NCBI GenBank assembly: GCA_030704615.1
Contig: CM060733.1
Location: forward strand, 58,466,001-58,530,000
DNA from: Takakia lepidozioides
Taxonomy: Eukaryota > Plantae > Bryophyta
Length of the DNA stretch: 64,000 nt
Direction of reading: 5' to 3'
Part shown: piece by piece, positions 36,614 through 48,838 of the stretch
How positions within the stretch are numbered: position 1 is the stretch's first letter
How the letters are laid out: every line of letters starts with the position of its first letter
Position numbers and translations under genes: made by a program
Notes under the pieces: model-generated
Database searches by the model: none
Seen by the model: only the letters and a program-made list of their open reading frames with translations
Told to the model about the DNA's origin: nothing

Positions 36614-37533
36614 CTACCCAGGCTTGTTGCACCCGTCGATCAGCACCTGCTGCAAATCCTTGCTCGTACCCCACAATGGAGTGTGAGCAACCATGGCAGA
36701 CAACTCCGCCATACCATGCATGTCATCCTGCTCTGCTGGAGGTGGCACATCCTCTGCATGGGCATTGCCTTCCAGCAACTCTCCATGCCAACTAACTGCA
36801 GCTGTAAAGGCGGCTAGTGTTGGCATCTTGCCCCGTTGGGCAGCCGCAATACCCCCAATGAATGTCACAGGGAGCTGTGCACGATGACCATCCCCTGACT
36901 GCCATCCAGGCCTGTAGAATGCTGACTCATCCCAAAAGTCCAGGGTGAAGCCCATGGGGTATAACACTGCCCCACCAACGAGGACATCGTAAGAGACCGC
37001 GTTTGTCACAATGGCCTTGGCTCACATTACTGAGCCATCGATAGGATGATCCGGCTGCAGTCTAATAGCCAACTGATGCGTGTCATGCCCCGAGCCTGCT
37101 CTGATCCTCCCAGAGATGTCTGTATCTGGAAAGGACAAGGCTCCATATCCGCCTCCATGAGGCCCAAACCTGCAATAGCAGCTCTGCCCAACATCAGTGG
37201 CTGAGCTCCCGAGTCCAACAAGACCCGCAGTGGCCGGTACTTCTTGCCTGCTGGTCCACTCAAAGAGAAAATGCCATCCTGGTTGTCTAACAAGACAACT
37301 TCAGGTGTCACCATGGCGCGCTCAAAGGCTGGCCTAGCTGGCAGCTCCGTCAACCTGGCAGCTGCAACTTGCCATGGCACAGCCGTGGCAGTCTTGACCC
37401 TCAAATCCGAGGATCCCTCTGCCACTACACCTTCCAGTAACTCCGCAGAAGATGAAGTGACCTCCCCACTCTCATAGAGTGTTGCTGCTAGTCTGAACAC
37501 TGCAGCTGGTCTTACCCCCGGCGTCGCAATCAT
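36614..37533 (-). pseudogene. Aspartic protease region of pol
   Basis: VLLDSGAQ active-site motif, followed by YDVLVGG. Confidence 0.8.
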
Positions 37534-39455
37534 GGTTGCCGAGAACAGTGGGGCTTGAACACAGAGGTGGCTGCCCCCAACAACACAGCGGCTGCACTAG
37601 CCTTGGCAGCAGGTGTCAGTGCTACACGTGTAGCTCTCCCCAATGGCATAGAAACCTCCGCCTCGGTAACAGTCGGGCGAGAACTAGGTGCCATGGATGG
37701 CGTTGACACTGTCTCCGCCAAGGTGAATGACTGAGGCAGCCTCGCCTGACGGCTTGCCTCCCCACGTTGTGGATCCAACTCCACCTCTGCACCTCGTGGC
37801 TCAGGAACTCGTGCTGCTCCTCGAGTCACGGCTGCAGCAGACTCCACCTGCTCTAGTGGTAGTGCTGCTCCGCACATGAATCCCATGCCTCCCATATCTC
37901 CTCCCTCAGGAGCAGGAGGCGGACCATCCCGCCTGGGAGCCGGTACCGTCTGAGCTGTAGCCATGGCAGCGAGCCTCTGCTCTAGCTGCTGAAGCCGATT
38001 GGCCATGCCTTGGTCAACACCATGACCTCCGCGTCATTGGCCATGTTGAGCTTGCCCTTGGCCTGCACCTCATGCCCGACCACCTCGTCCTCTCTGGGCT
38101 GGTCCACCTCACCCCCGGCCACCATTGTTCCCTTGGAACTGGCCTGGGCGCAACTCAGGATGCAAGTCATAACACTGGGCATCTCCATGCCCATACTTGC
38201 CACAATGCCCACACTGCAACTATGCAGGCTGTGTTTGTGCCGGCCTTTTGCCACTCTCTGGGCAATCTCTCTTGACATGGGGTCCTCCACATGTCCAACA
38301 TATCACCCCTAGTTGCTGTTGGCCTGCAAAAGATGCCATGGGCCTCTGCACCTGAGGTCCCCTGTAAGCTCCGTTGAACTTGGGTTGGGAAACCTTGCCT
38401 CCCTGACCAGGCTGTTGGGCAGTCCCTTGTGCCTGTGGGCTGGCAGCTGCGCCTCGTGCAGGCATGTCCTTGCCAAACCCAATGGTAACAACTCGCTCCT
38501 CCACCATGTTGAGCTCAATCCGCTCAGCCAGCAGAAACACATCTGCTAATGTGGGTTGGGCTGCTTGTAACAGGGTTGCATCCCGCACCCTTCTCCTGAG
38601 TTCCTTGTCCAAAATTCCATACCAGAACTGGATTGCCTGAGCTTCAGTAACTCCTTGGGTCACACTTATCGAGCGCCTCATACGAGTGTAGGCCTCTCGC
38701 AAGCTCTCACTGGGTTTGCGCTGGAAGTCTTGCAAACTTCGCAGCTTCTCTGTCCGTACACCTTGGTAGTTCCTCCGCAACTCCTGGAAGAACTCCACCA
38801 CCGGGTTGAATCTAGGCACATGTGTTGTAGTTGTGGCAGGAGGAGTAGTAGCACCTTTTGAATTGGTACCACCTACAGAAGTACCGGCACTACTTGTTCC
38901 ACTACTAGTGCTGGCAGTGGGAGATATTGGTACCGATGCAGCTACTGGTCGCGTCGTGCCTCGAGTAATGGAGACGTAGTCAGGTGACCAATACATCCTC
39001 CACTCCTCAATCTTTGCTTTATGTCCTCGCCTGAACTCGTGGTAATCGTCCATAGGTGGGCCTTCCAAATGCTGGAACAGTCCCTTCCACGCCATGAATG
39101 GGGTGAATAGCTGTGGATTGCGCATCTGCTGCAAATCACACCAGCTGTTGAACTCCTGGATAAAGTCATCCAACTCGATTGTGCCCACAGCTCCAGAGTA
39201 CCTACGAGGCCCCTTGGTAGCTCCATACATCTCCTCCATGTCGTCCCACAACAATGGCGAATGAAACTGCACACCTGTTGATGAAGCCTCCGAGTCTGTG
39301 TCTGACTCTGCACTAGTTGAGGGTGGAGGTGAAGGTGGTCCGAAATGAACACCTCGTCTGGTAAACCCACTCTCACTGCTACTGCCTGTAGCCGTACTCC
39401 CCTCAAAACCCTTGGGTAACTCCGTGATGACACTCACAATGTGCACCTCCTCCAC
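37530..39455 (-). pseudogene. gag with CCHC zinc knuckles
   Basis: FQRKPSESLREAYTR homology-region-like motif, CWTCGGPHVKRDC, and a second CGHCGKYGHGDAQC in another frame at ~38170-38215. Confidence 0.85.
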
Positions 39456-40092
39456 GTGACACTATAAGGCTCTAGTATTAACTCTAATAGTGACACGGGT
39501 GGGCACCTGTTGCAGTTTAAGGGTCATATCCCAATGGCTCAGGGCACCTGCACCTGCATCCACCGCAAGAACTCCTATGGTTGGCTGGTCATCAACCCAG
39601 TCTCACCACAGAAGAAACACTGGTGGTCTTGCTGGTCATCACTCCAGCCTCACCACCGACAGCATACTCTAGGATTGACTGGTGATCAAATCCGGCCTAA
39701 TCCCTATGAAAGCAAGCGCCCACACAAAACCAACATGGCGCACAGTCAAGCATGCAGGTGATGGGGGGGATCCAAACACAAGAAATCAAAACATCAACAC
39801 CCCCACACCAAAATCCAGCTGCAATGCTGATCCTGCAGAATAGCCCAGCCCAAAACCCCGGACTGACTGGCCTCCACCAAGAGAGGCTTTGGCAACTACG
39901 AGTACAAGGTAATGAAAATAGTACAGAGATGGAGGGGAAGAATAGAAGCCCGCCCAAGCAAGATCTAATCCTGATCTATGCTATCAACTGCCAGACTTCT
40001 CTCAAAGTGCCTCGCTCTGCATGATGGTAAGGTGTAGGAGGTATATCTATGTCTAGAAACCTGCCACTAACTTTGTCCCAGGCTACAGTAGC

Positions 40093-41156
40093 TCACTCTA
40101 ACCAACCCTCCTCCTCTTTCTGCCAGGTAGAAACAAAGCAATACTCCCCTATCTCCCGCTCACTGAACACTAAAGAAAACAAAGGGAGGGTCTGATAGTC
40201 TCTCAACTCGAAAGCTTTGAGACGGTTGCGGGCGTCCTCATTGCGGATAACTGCATCTCCTTCAAGCAAAACAAACTTGTCATTGCTAATGAACCCCCGC
40301 TCGTGATTGCCTTGTGCAGAGCGTGTCCGGCTGCAACCATGTCTGATTGCACAAACTTGTGTAGCTCCTGCTCCTCTGCTCCAGTACACCATGGCCTTGT
40401 GGCTGAACACCTTGGTACCCGGGGCTGTCTTTGGCTGTGTTCCAAGCCTAGCTTTCACCCACTTTGGTATTTCATCTACAGCTGCAGAACTGCTGGCTCC
40501 AACAAAGTTCTGACTGTCCAAAGCGATATTGAGGCCCTCAACGCCAACTACAACAGTCTGTTGTCTACTGCTAATGTCTGACTCCCAGTATGCAATCAAC
40601 TCGTCCAACTGTTCTCCACTCAAATCAGTCTGAGTTCCTTGGGAAACATAAATCATGCAGGCTTGGCATAAAGCTCACTGAGTTCATTTCCAGCCAGTGA
40701 TGCTTCTCCCATATGAGACCACCCTTGTATTGAACCAATTTCGGGCATCCTGGGTGACACCAACCGCTCCATGTTGAGTGCTCCCTTCCTCCCAGGCCTA
40801 AAGAGGGTGTCAAACTTATGGTTGCCTTCATTGTCCTGTTGCAACTCCATACAGACATCTCAACTTCCGTTTCTGCAACTTTTTCATGCAGCCTGACGAG
40901 GTTCTTCTTAGCAGCCAGAGGTGACTTCTTATGTTGACACGACATCTATGTAGCACCAGTGGCCAGCCTGTTTAATATCGCTAGCAAGACGTCCAAATCT
41001 CTCCTTTTCATAGATCTGTAGGGTTTCACGTTCATCATCTCCATTGCTGCAATGTTGTAATTTGGCCTTGCTATGACGTCTTGTCCCAGCTGCAGAACAT
41101 AATGGTATTGGATTCTCTTCATAGGGCATTCTCAGCTCCTTGGTCTCTTGCTCCAC
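40093..41156 (-). pseudogene. Extra sense-strand ORF of unknown function upstream of gag (fragmented)
   Basis: Overlapping protein-like ORFs 40929-41156, 40625-40945 and 40093-40656 lie inside the element. No motif recognised. Confidence 0.4.
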
Positions 41157-41676
41157 GTTGATTCCTCTGCTTCATTCAGTCTGGCTACGCCATTTTCCTC
41201 CCTGCAACAAAATCTTCTACATCGTCCCCATCTCCTCACCGCGGACGGATGTGGCAGCCAAGAACTCTCCTGTCGCCACTGCTTAGGGCTGCTCCACGGA
41301 CCTCAAAACAGATTGATCAAGATTCCCCACACAAGTACAACCTGACGCAGGCCCTTCTGAAGACGTCGCAGCAATACGTCGCAGCAAACTACAAACCGAT
41401 TCGCTCACAGCCTCAAAACACGACAACGGCTGTTTGCTCCAAGATTGAGTCCCTAGCATAGCTTGAATGAGACGCATACTTGTGGTTGAGAGCCTTTGAT
41501 AGACGAAAAGACCCGACTTCCCAAACAGTGCCAGAGCCCACAGAGAAAATAGAAGAATGTGGGGATCTGCATATCTCTTGGACTCATAGATTACCAAGTT
41601 ATATTATAATAGTGCTAAGAAAAACATCATATCTAGCTTAGCACTAGAAAACTAGATAGAGTCATCTCTCTCGAGT

Positions 41677-42028
41677 GATAAGAAAAGCTAAGAACACACT
41701 CTTAACACAAGAAACATGAAATCCATCTCATCATCACTCTTTCAGATAATAGTCGAGCCAGGGGCACCCCAAGCTATGGGGACTCCACCCCACAACAACC
41801 TATCATCCCATCATAAGTACACTCAGTTCTAGACGATGAAGGAGCTCGGTCGCGCAGGCTCAACTCGAGAGAGATGAGTTGCGCGACTGCCGCTCTCGTG
41901 AAGATAAGGCGGTTCAGGTGTCAAACTAAACTTGACACCTGACTTAACACTTGACCTAAATCCAAGTGTTAAATATAATGACTAGCTTTATTCTAGTTGT
42001 TTTCACACTGTGCTTATTTAACTTGACA
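41677..42028 (-). repeat. Repeat A1 (352 bp) of Gypsy copy 2
   Basis: Matches 31445-31797. Confidence 0.95.
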
Positions 42029-42219
42029 TCTATTACATTCACTTCCTCTCGGTTTCTTCACGATGCGTGCATTATATTCAGTTCTCTTCAAATTTATCCT
42101 TCCAACTCCATCACATTCAATTTTATCTTTCAAATTTGTTCATTGTATATAGATAAATATTAGAATTTTCTATCAAGGTGAAGAACACAATCTCTTTTCT
42201 AAATTTCACATTTGTTTCT

Positions 42220-42246
42220 TATATATATATATATATATATATATAT
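42220..42246. repeat. (TA)n microsatellite
   Basis: Seen directly. Confidence 0.95.
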
Positions 42247-43784
42247 GTTTGAAAGCATTTATTTCATAATCATATCCACATAGATAGATTATTTTTTGTT
42301 TCCTTTGAATTTTTTGTTGTGTTAACATGTTAACTTGTGCTTCAATATTGTGTGTGCTATGGTTATCTTATATAATCTTTGCAAAATACTAAATAACAAT
42401 AACAACAAAAATCTCCTTTCCATAACAATTCCTGAATATTTATCACATGAAACTTTAATTCGATTCACCAAATTATGTAGTCATTATTATCTAGTTAGAT
42501 TCAAATATTTATTATATTTGAATAAATACTCCACACAAAAACCAAGAATGCAGACTCATAAATCAGTTGTTAGTGGCATATTTTATGGTATATCATTGTT
42601 CATTAAGAACAATTCATATAATTTCTTTAGTCTAAAAAAGTGATGAGGCCTTTCTAAGGCAAGATGTCTTTTACTAGCAGTCCCAATATTGAATATTTGA
42701 GTATTTACTTGTTTTATTAAATCAGGACCGCTAGTGCTAGCCTTCCAAGTTTGTAACTAGGGTGGAGCCATTACGCGACTAGCTGCTTGTTTTGTAACGA
42801 TCCCAAACTGTGAGCCCCATCCTTCGTGTTTGGTACGGTTGGAAAGGCCTAGATGAGGAGGGGTGCACCCACTTGGTCTCATAATTTTTGGACCTATGGC
42901 GTGAGAGATGTCAAATTTCAAGTACTTTTGGTCGCCGTAAATTCGCAAAAAATAGCAAAGTGGGCTTTCATGGGACAATGATTGGATATGTTTACCGTCA
43001 AATAAAGTTGGGAAAAAATAAATTGTTTGAAAAAAAGAAAAAGGACTGTATGGGTGCTCAACGACACAATCCACACTATGAACGTTCTCGTAATATGTAG
43101 TCCATGATCTACCCGGGAATTCCATAGAAACCCATCAATATATGAAGCGAGGTACAAAAATCAAGTGTTTTTTTCAATTCTTCCCACATGGGCCAACGCC
43201 ACAGGCTACCCCAATCACACCGAAAAAATAACCATGTGAGAAGGCCATGAGGCGTGTAACTTAGATCAAATTTTTTTTGATAGGGTGGCACCCAGCACCA
43301 GCCTCCTAGTGGCAAGCTAGGAAGAGATAGCAAGAGTGAGGGCAGGGAAGTGTGAACAGAATGGAAGGTTTGAGTTGACTGCGTGTTGACGCGGTGGTGG
43401 ACTGGTAGGAGAGATGGGTGGGAGAGACGACGCTTTTCTGACCAACCCCCACCCGCTTCGGACCCACAATAGCATTTATGAAGAGATGGACCTCAAGGTC
43501 GCAGCGTTTATTACCTAACGGCCCACCTAGTTTCTAAAGGCTACAGAAAGAAGGCCCGGAAAGAATGTTCACTTGACATCTCGATTCTCTCCTAGCTATG
43601 TACTTGTACAAACAAACTTAAACAATCTTTATGTACTTGGTACATATGTAGTGTGATCTGAACATACCTGTCTGGCGAGGGCCTGATCTCCGCCAGAACA
43701 GCCCGACTCGAGCGGGGACAGAGGTTCTCTTACCTCTCTTTACCAGGCCGGGAAGGATTGTTCAGGTCGATGCTAAGTTAATAC

Positions 43785-44870
43785 CAGTGTTGTGCGGTTC
43801 TTGCCATATTGAAGGAACCGCCGGTTCCGGTTCCTTGATAGATTTAAAGAGGCGGTTCTGGTTCCGGATCTGGTTGTTTTTTATGAAGCGGTTCCGGTTC
43901 CAAAATTCATGAGCAGATGCCGGTTCCGGTTCCAGTTTCCGGTTCCGGTTCTGTATTTTTTGAATTTATGTATATATATATTTATCGTTTTTTTATAAAT
44001 CTGAAAATGATTTGTGAATCCCCATTAGTTATATCAAATATTTTGACCATGTTGAAAAGAAACAACACAACATTCATAAACAAAGAAAGCATAGAATGCA
44101 TAGAAAGCAATTGTTCACAATTGTAGTTCTACAAGACAATGGAGTCATTGTTAGAACCAAGTCTATAACGGCTTTCTACTACAATTGTGCACCGAGTCTA
44201 TCCTTTGGTGAGACGAGAGACACATTAAATTACATATTTAGAAGCGAGTACCTGGACCATGTCAACTCCATCCATTCAATCATGTGGGCCGCTCGGATCC
44301 TCTTCCAGTTGATGCCATTCTTTCACAATCCAACACCCTGGGGACCTACCTACATCTTCTTCCCCACTCTCATTCTTCTTCCCTTCTACAAATGCTCCAT
44401 GCCTTCCTCCATAACACCTAGTCCAACATTCAACCCCTCTGACCCATGCACAGAAGCAGCCAACCCTCTTGTAACATATCCCTACACAAACTACACTAAT
44501 GACACCGCGAGAAGTGTCACAACTGGAAATGGACAAACATCTCACAAACTGCGAGACCACAAAAGCATGAAAACCAAACCCTCCCCCGCGCTGCTCCCTC
44601 CCAGCGCTGAAGTCGCGCTACTGCAGCAGATCGCGCGTGAGAGACGACAGATCGCGGGAGAAAAAAAAAAAAAACCTAGTGCGGGAACCGGATCCGGAAC
44701 CGCCACTGACCCCCCCCCCCCTTCTTTCCAGTTCCAAGCCTGTTCCTGGAAAAGCCCAAACCCGCTGGTTCCGGTTCTGGAACCGGCTCGTCCCTGCTCC
44801 CCCGGTTCCCAGGAACCGGAACAGGATCCGCCGGTTGAAACCCGCCTAAGCGGGTACCCGCACAACACTG
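43785..44870. mobile_element. Non-autonomous hAT element
   Basis: 13-bp TIR CAGTGTTGTGCGG / CCGCACAACACTG, 8-bp TSD GTTAATAC (43777-43784 and 44871-44878), subterminal CCGGTTCC/GGAACCGG repeats. Confidence 0.92.
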
Positions 44871-47086
44871 GTTAATACCGTCTAGGAAGTCCGCACAGCG
44901 TCTCCTCTTCGGAGACAGGTTGTGCAGGAGTTCGATAGCATACAATTTCGATTAAACTTTGTCAAATATACTTACTTATTACTTTCCCGAAGCCCGAAAA
45001 GGAATCATCATAACAGGATTGCCACTGTAATGAGGCCAGAACGGCACGGCTTACTAGTCTGACGGGAAGATTCTGAACCAGTTGTTAATCTATTGTGGCA
45101 GCTCCGGAGGATGGCATGGCAGAAGCCTTATATGATGGGCTGGCAGGAGCGAACTTAACTAGTTTACATGAACAGTGGTAAAATCTAACAGTGAGAAATC
45201 CATGAGGTGGAGATAGGAGGGGTGGGTCTATCTTACAAAACGAACGGTACTGCAAACTCTAGCCTATCCTTATGCATGAGCCCTGACACTGATCAGATGT
45301 CATGTTCGAGCAATAAAAGGCAGCTGACATCATCATCATCCTAGTTCTAATCACAGCTTGTGATGATATGGCCCGGCTACCCAACGCTGTTGACGAGCAC
45401 AGCTCTAACCCAGCATCCCCAGTCCGCCTGGTGATCATTGAAGCATGCACAAGGAAGCTGACGGCGGGTTAACGAATTAAATGAGCTGGGCTCCCACGGG
45501 CCCCACGCAGTGCAGATTCAGCACCATGGGCTCCACACGCCACAATCCAAAACCTATCTAAGTATCCTGTGATCAAAAGCTCTTGCCGTCTAGCCCTGAC
45601 GTCCCGATACAAACAAACAACCATCAGGGCCATCTCCTCTTCCAGATCCCCCACTGCTTGCTGTACAATCATGGGGGATTGCCCAACTGGGTCCCTACTG
45701 TTTGATATTTTTTCAACCCGAACCAAGTCATCACTTACTGGAAATTATCATACTGCAGTCAAACCTGGATGCCTTCTGAGCAAAACCAACAACAATTCCA
45801 GAACAAATAAAGAGCTTTAGGGTTTAAGGAAAAAAAGGGCTTCCTCCCCTTTTTCTTTAAAACAGAAAACAAAAAACACTTATGTGTATACCGTTGGTCT
45901 GACACTATCACTATAACTGTAGTAAAGAGAGATATAAAATGATTAATAAATATGAGCATTAACCTTACGCCAGACATGATAAGTTTTGCTAGTAAAAATA
46001 ATCATCTATAGTGTGCCATATAGCAATGTAATAAGTTGAATTGCTGGGGAATAATTGGATGAATAGAATAGTGGATATGTGGATGAATAATATATGGACG
46101 GATGAAATAACAATATCTGAGGTCATCGGTAGTTAAAATTCTATAGCACATAATAACAGATAACACTTCCTTTGGTGTTGACTCTCTCTATTGTCATCTA
46201 CTTTTCTGCTCCAACCTTCTTTTTTTCTGTCTAGCTGCTGGGTGGTCTCGGTTCTCTATTTCCCCGGAGGTTTCCCGTAACGGCCTTGTCTGCTTATTTT
46301 CTCCCCATCTGTCTCACATTTCTCCGTCATGCATTTGGGCCTGAGTCCCCTTTCCGGAAAGAGAAACACCAACAAGTCTTGGTATGTAGTCACAATTGTT
46401 CACACAAGCTAGGGTTAGGCGCGTAAAACCAGAACTCATAACAACCCATGCAAAGCATGGTTTTTTTCATCCTCCTTTATTAATGCAATTTCAGGGCCTT
46501 CGAGTACCGTCGTCCCCAGCTCTTTTGAAGAAAAAGAAAAAATAGAAGTATAATTTGACAGTCTTGACAGCGGAAACCAGAACAGAACGTACTATGGAAT
46601 GGGCGCCCTCTCATTGGCTTGCAAGTCCTAATCAAACACATTATGTTTGATAATGTGCTAGTGGCATTAGGCGTAGAATTCTGCTTTTTAATCCTCCTCC
46701 AAATACGCCATACTTAGGCAGGCAAAATCCTTTACGAACTGATAACGAAACCCCATCTACCAAGCTAGAAAAAATAAAAAATAAAATGTGGACACATTGT
46801 GGAAGCAAGCGTAAATTATGGTGTCACCCTGAAGGGCTACTGACTGCCAAGAGAGAAAAGCTATTGAGATGTAAAGAAAGTGATCAGAGAGGGACATAAC
46901 TTTGCACAAAGTTTTTCGTTACTACGAATTTCAGGCATAATTTTCATGATATTTTTTCTTAAATTTCAACACGGGGTGGCACACCTCTAATTACAAACAG
47001 CATCAGGCATAATTATTTTTTGGAGGATCCCGACCTACACCCATCGCTTTTTTTTTTTTTTTTTCTCCATCGCTTGTTTGCCATTC

Positions 47087-47365
47087 GTTAAAAGCAGGTG
47101 TGGCAGATTCTGCCACTTTTTCGGCCTAATTCTCAGGTCGAATCGGCCACCCAGGGCAGAATCGGCAGGGATGGCCGATTATGCACAGAGGACGGCAGAC
47201 CTACCACCGAGGCCCATGTCGTCAGCCATCAACCCACCTGCCTTCCCCTGAGGCTCGCCCCCTTTATATCCTCTCCAGGGCTCTGAATCTGGGCAATATG
47301 GGATAATCGAACCGCAATCATATTGCGCCACGTAGCGGCGAGAATCCGCCACACCTGCTTTTAAC
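47087..47365. mobile_element. MITE-like element
   Basis: GTTAAAAGCAGGTGTGGCAGATTCT and AGAATCCGCCACACCTGCTTTTAAC are inverted with 1 mismatch in 25. Confidence 0.7.
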
Positions 47366-47374
47366 TCCAATGAC

Positions 47375-47464
47375 CGGGCCGTGTTTGGCCGACTCTGCCC
47401 TGTGCGCGGCCATAGGGCTCGCCCAAAGGCCGCTGACAGGGCAGAATCGGCCAAACACGGCCCG
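47375..47464. repeat. Foldback with 29-bp arms (1 mismatch)
   Basis: CGGGCCGTGTTTGGCCGACTCTGCCCTGT / ACAGGGCAGAATCGGCCAAACACGGCCCG. Confidence 0.85.
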
Positions 47465-48357
47465 TTCTCTAGTACAATTCTTTTTCTTTTTTCGAGAAAA
47501 AAACTTAATAAAAAGAGAGATTGATTTACAGTGGGTGAAGAGCGGACTTGTGGGTCCAGTGCGTACGCTGTTTTTCCCGCGGGGTGGGTGGACGTTGACA
47601 ATCTACACGCAACTAACCCTAAACGGACGGTGGATGGAATGTCCGCGACTTCGGATGCTAACCTGTACTATTCTGTTGACTGAGCGACGACGGACGGAAA
47701 TTCCGGCGCGGCGTCGGCGCGACGGTGTCGGGGATGTGGATGAATTAAAGCATCCCGGATGGAATGTGAACGGAGCGCCGACAGCAGTCAACGGACAAAG
47801 GTCAGCCGGCGTTTAAAGGCGGTCACCCACCCGACCGACATTGTCTGACGCCCGGCATGTTTGTGCCGGAGGGCTCTGGCCGGCGACTGCCGTGTGCGCT
47901 GTTGCTATTATTTTAGTTACGGAAGCTCACACTGCTTTCAACACCTTTTTGCTTTCTCTCCCACCTCCTCTGTCGTCTCTCGCGTCTCTCGCCCTGTACT
48001 CTCCTGCGCACATGGGGCTTGAAGTTTGAAGCTTCCCATAAACTTACCACAGATTAGTGTACACAGGATTATTTCTGTGTTTTGATACAAGTGTGTTCTG
48101 TCAGATTTGTCAGACCTACTCACTCTTTCTCTCTCTCTATCTCTCGCCTCTCTCTTCTGCATCTTCCTAGAGGTGACATCCAGTGTCGTGCTTGAGATTT
48201 TTATTCTTAGCTCATTGAACTCCAATGTCAGCTCTAGTAGGCTCAAACTGTGATGCTTCACTGACTTATTGGAATTGAGTCCGCGTTGCTCCTCGAAAGG
48301 CCTGAACAGGCTCTGAACGAGCTGCATATTGACTGGAATAGAGAGCGATTATCTGGG

Positions 48358-48380
48358 CTCTCTCTCTCTCTCTCTCTCTC
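48358..48380. repeat. (CT)n microsatellite in the probable 5' leader of the PDR gene
   Basis: Seen directly. A further CT-rich tract lies at ~48122-48160. Confidence 0.85.
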
Positions 48381-48838
48381 TGACTCCTTTGCTCTTACTT
48401 CAGACTTGACAGTTGAAGTGTCTGCAGTTTTTGTCTTCCAGGTTTGAGTTTTACGGTTTTCGACCATACCAGGGAACTAGCGAGAATGAAGTTAGAGTAT
48501 TAGCGCCGGGCCGAGCAATGGGAACTTCGGAAAGGCTGCGGGCGTATGGAGCATTTCCGAACTTCACAACAATAATTGCAGCTGCCTGGCTGCTCTACAA
48601 TCTTATTGTTTAGTGATATTCAGGCCTGCTCAGAAACGGGACTTCGAGAAAGTGCAGTTTGGGTCGCTCATCGCATGCCCACTTCAGAGCCTGTCTCTTC
48701 GTGTACTCGTCTTAGGTAGCTGTTTCAGGGGCATTGGATAAGGATCTTTGTCTCGAGTTACTGTGTCAGAGTAGCCACGGTAATTTAACGTCAACGCAGC
48801 AGAAAGAGCAGCTCAAGTAAGGCCTCACCGCGGTAGCC

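Larger units (their letters stand above)
31357..42028 (-). mobile_element. Full-length Ty3/Gypsy retrotransposon copy 2 (extra ORF, gag, PR, C5-methyltransferase, RT, RH, IN, PHD) with split repeats
   Basis: TG...CA ends, TSD TCTA (31353-31356 and 42029-42032), polypurine tract at 31887-31897 on the minus strand, RT-RH-IN order. Confidence 0.95.

Noticed and set aside
23454-42028. DIRS/PAT/Ngaro tyrosine-recombinase element
   Set aside because: Both copies encode a DDE integrase and have TG..CA ends and TSDs; copy 2 also has a protease. No tyrosine-recombinase motif was seen.
42755-43310. Possible non-autonomous DNA transposon
   Set aside because: Looks repeat-like, but no TIR pair or TSD could be established.
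44096-44875. 259-aa ORF as a gene or transposase
   Set aside because: Runs through subterminal repeats and the TIR of a non-autonomous hAT element, with no transposase motifs.
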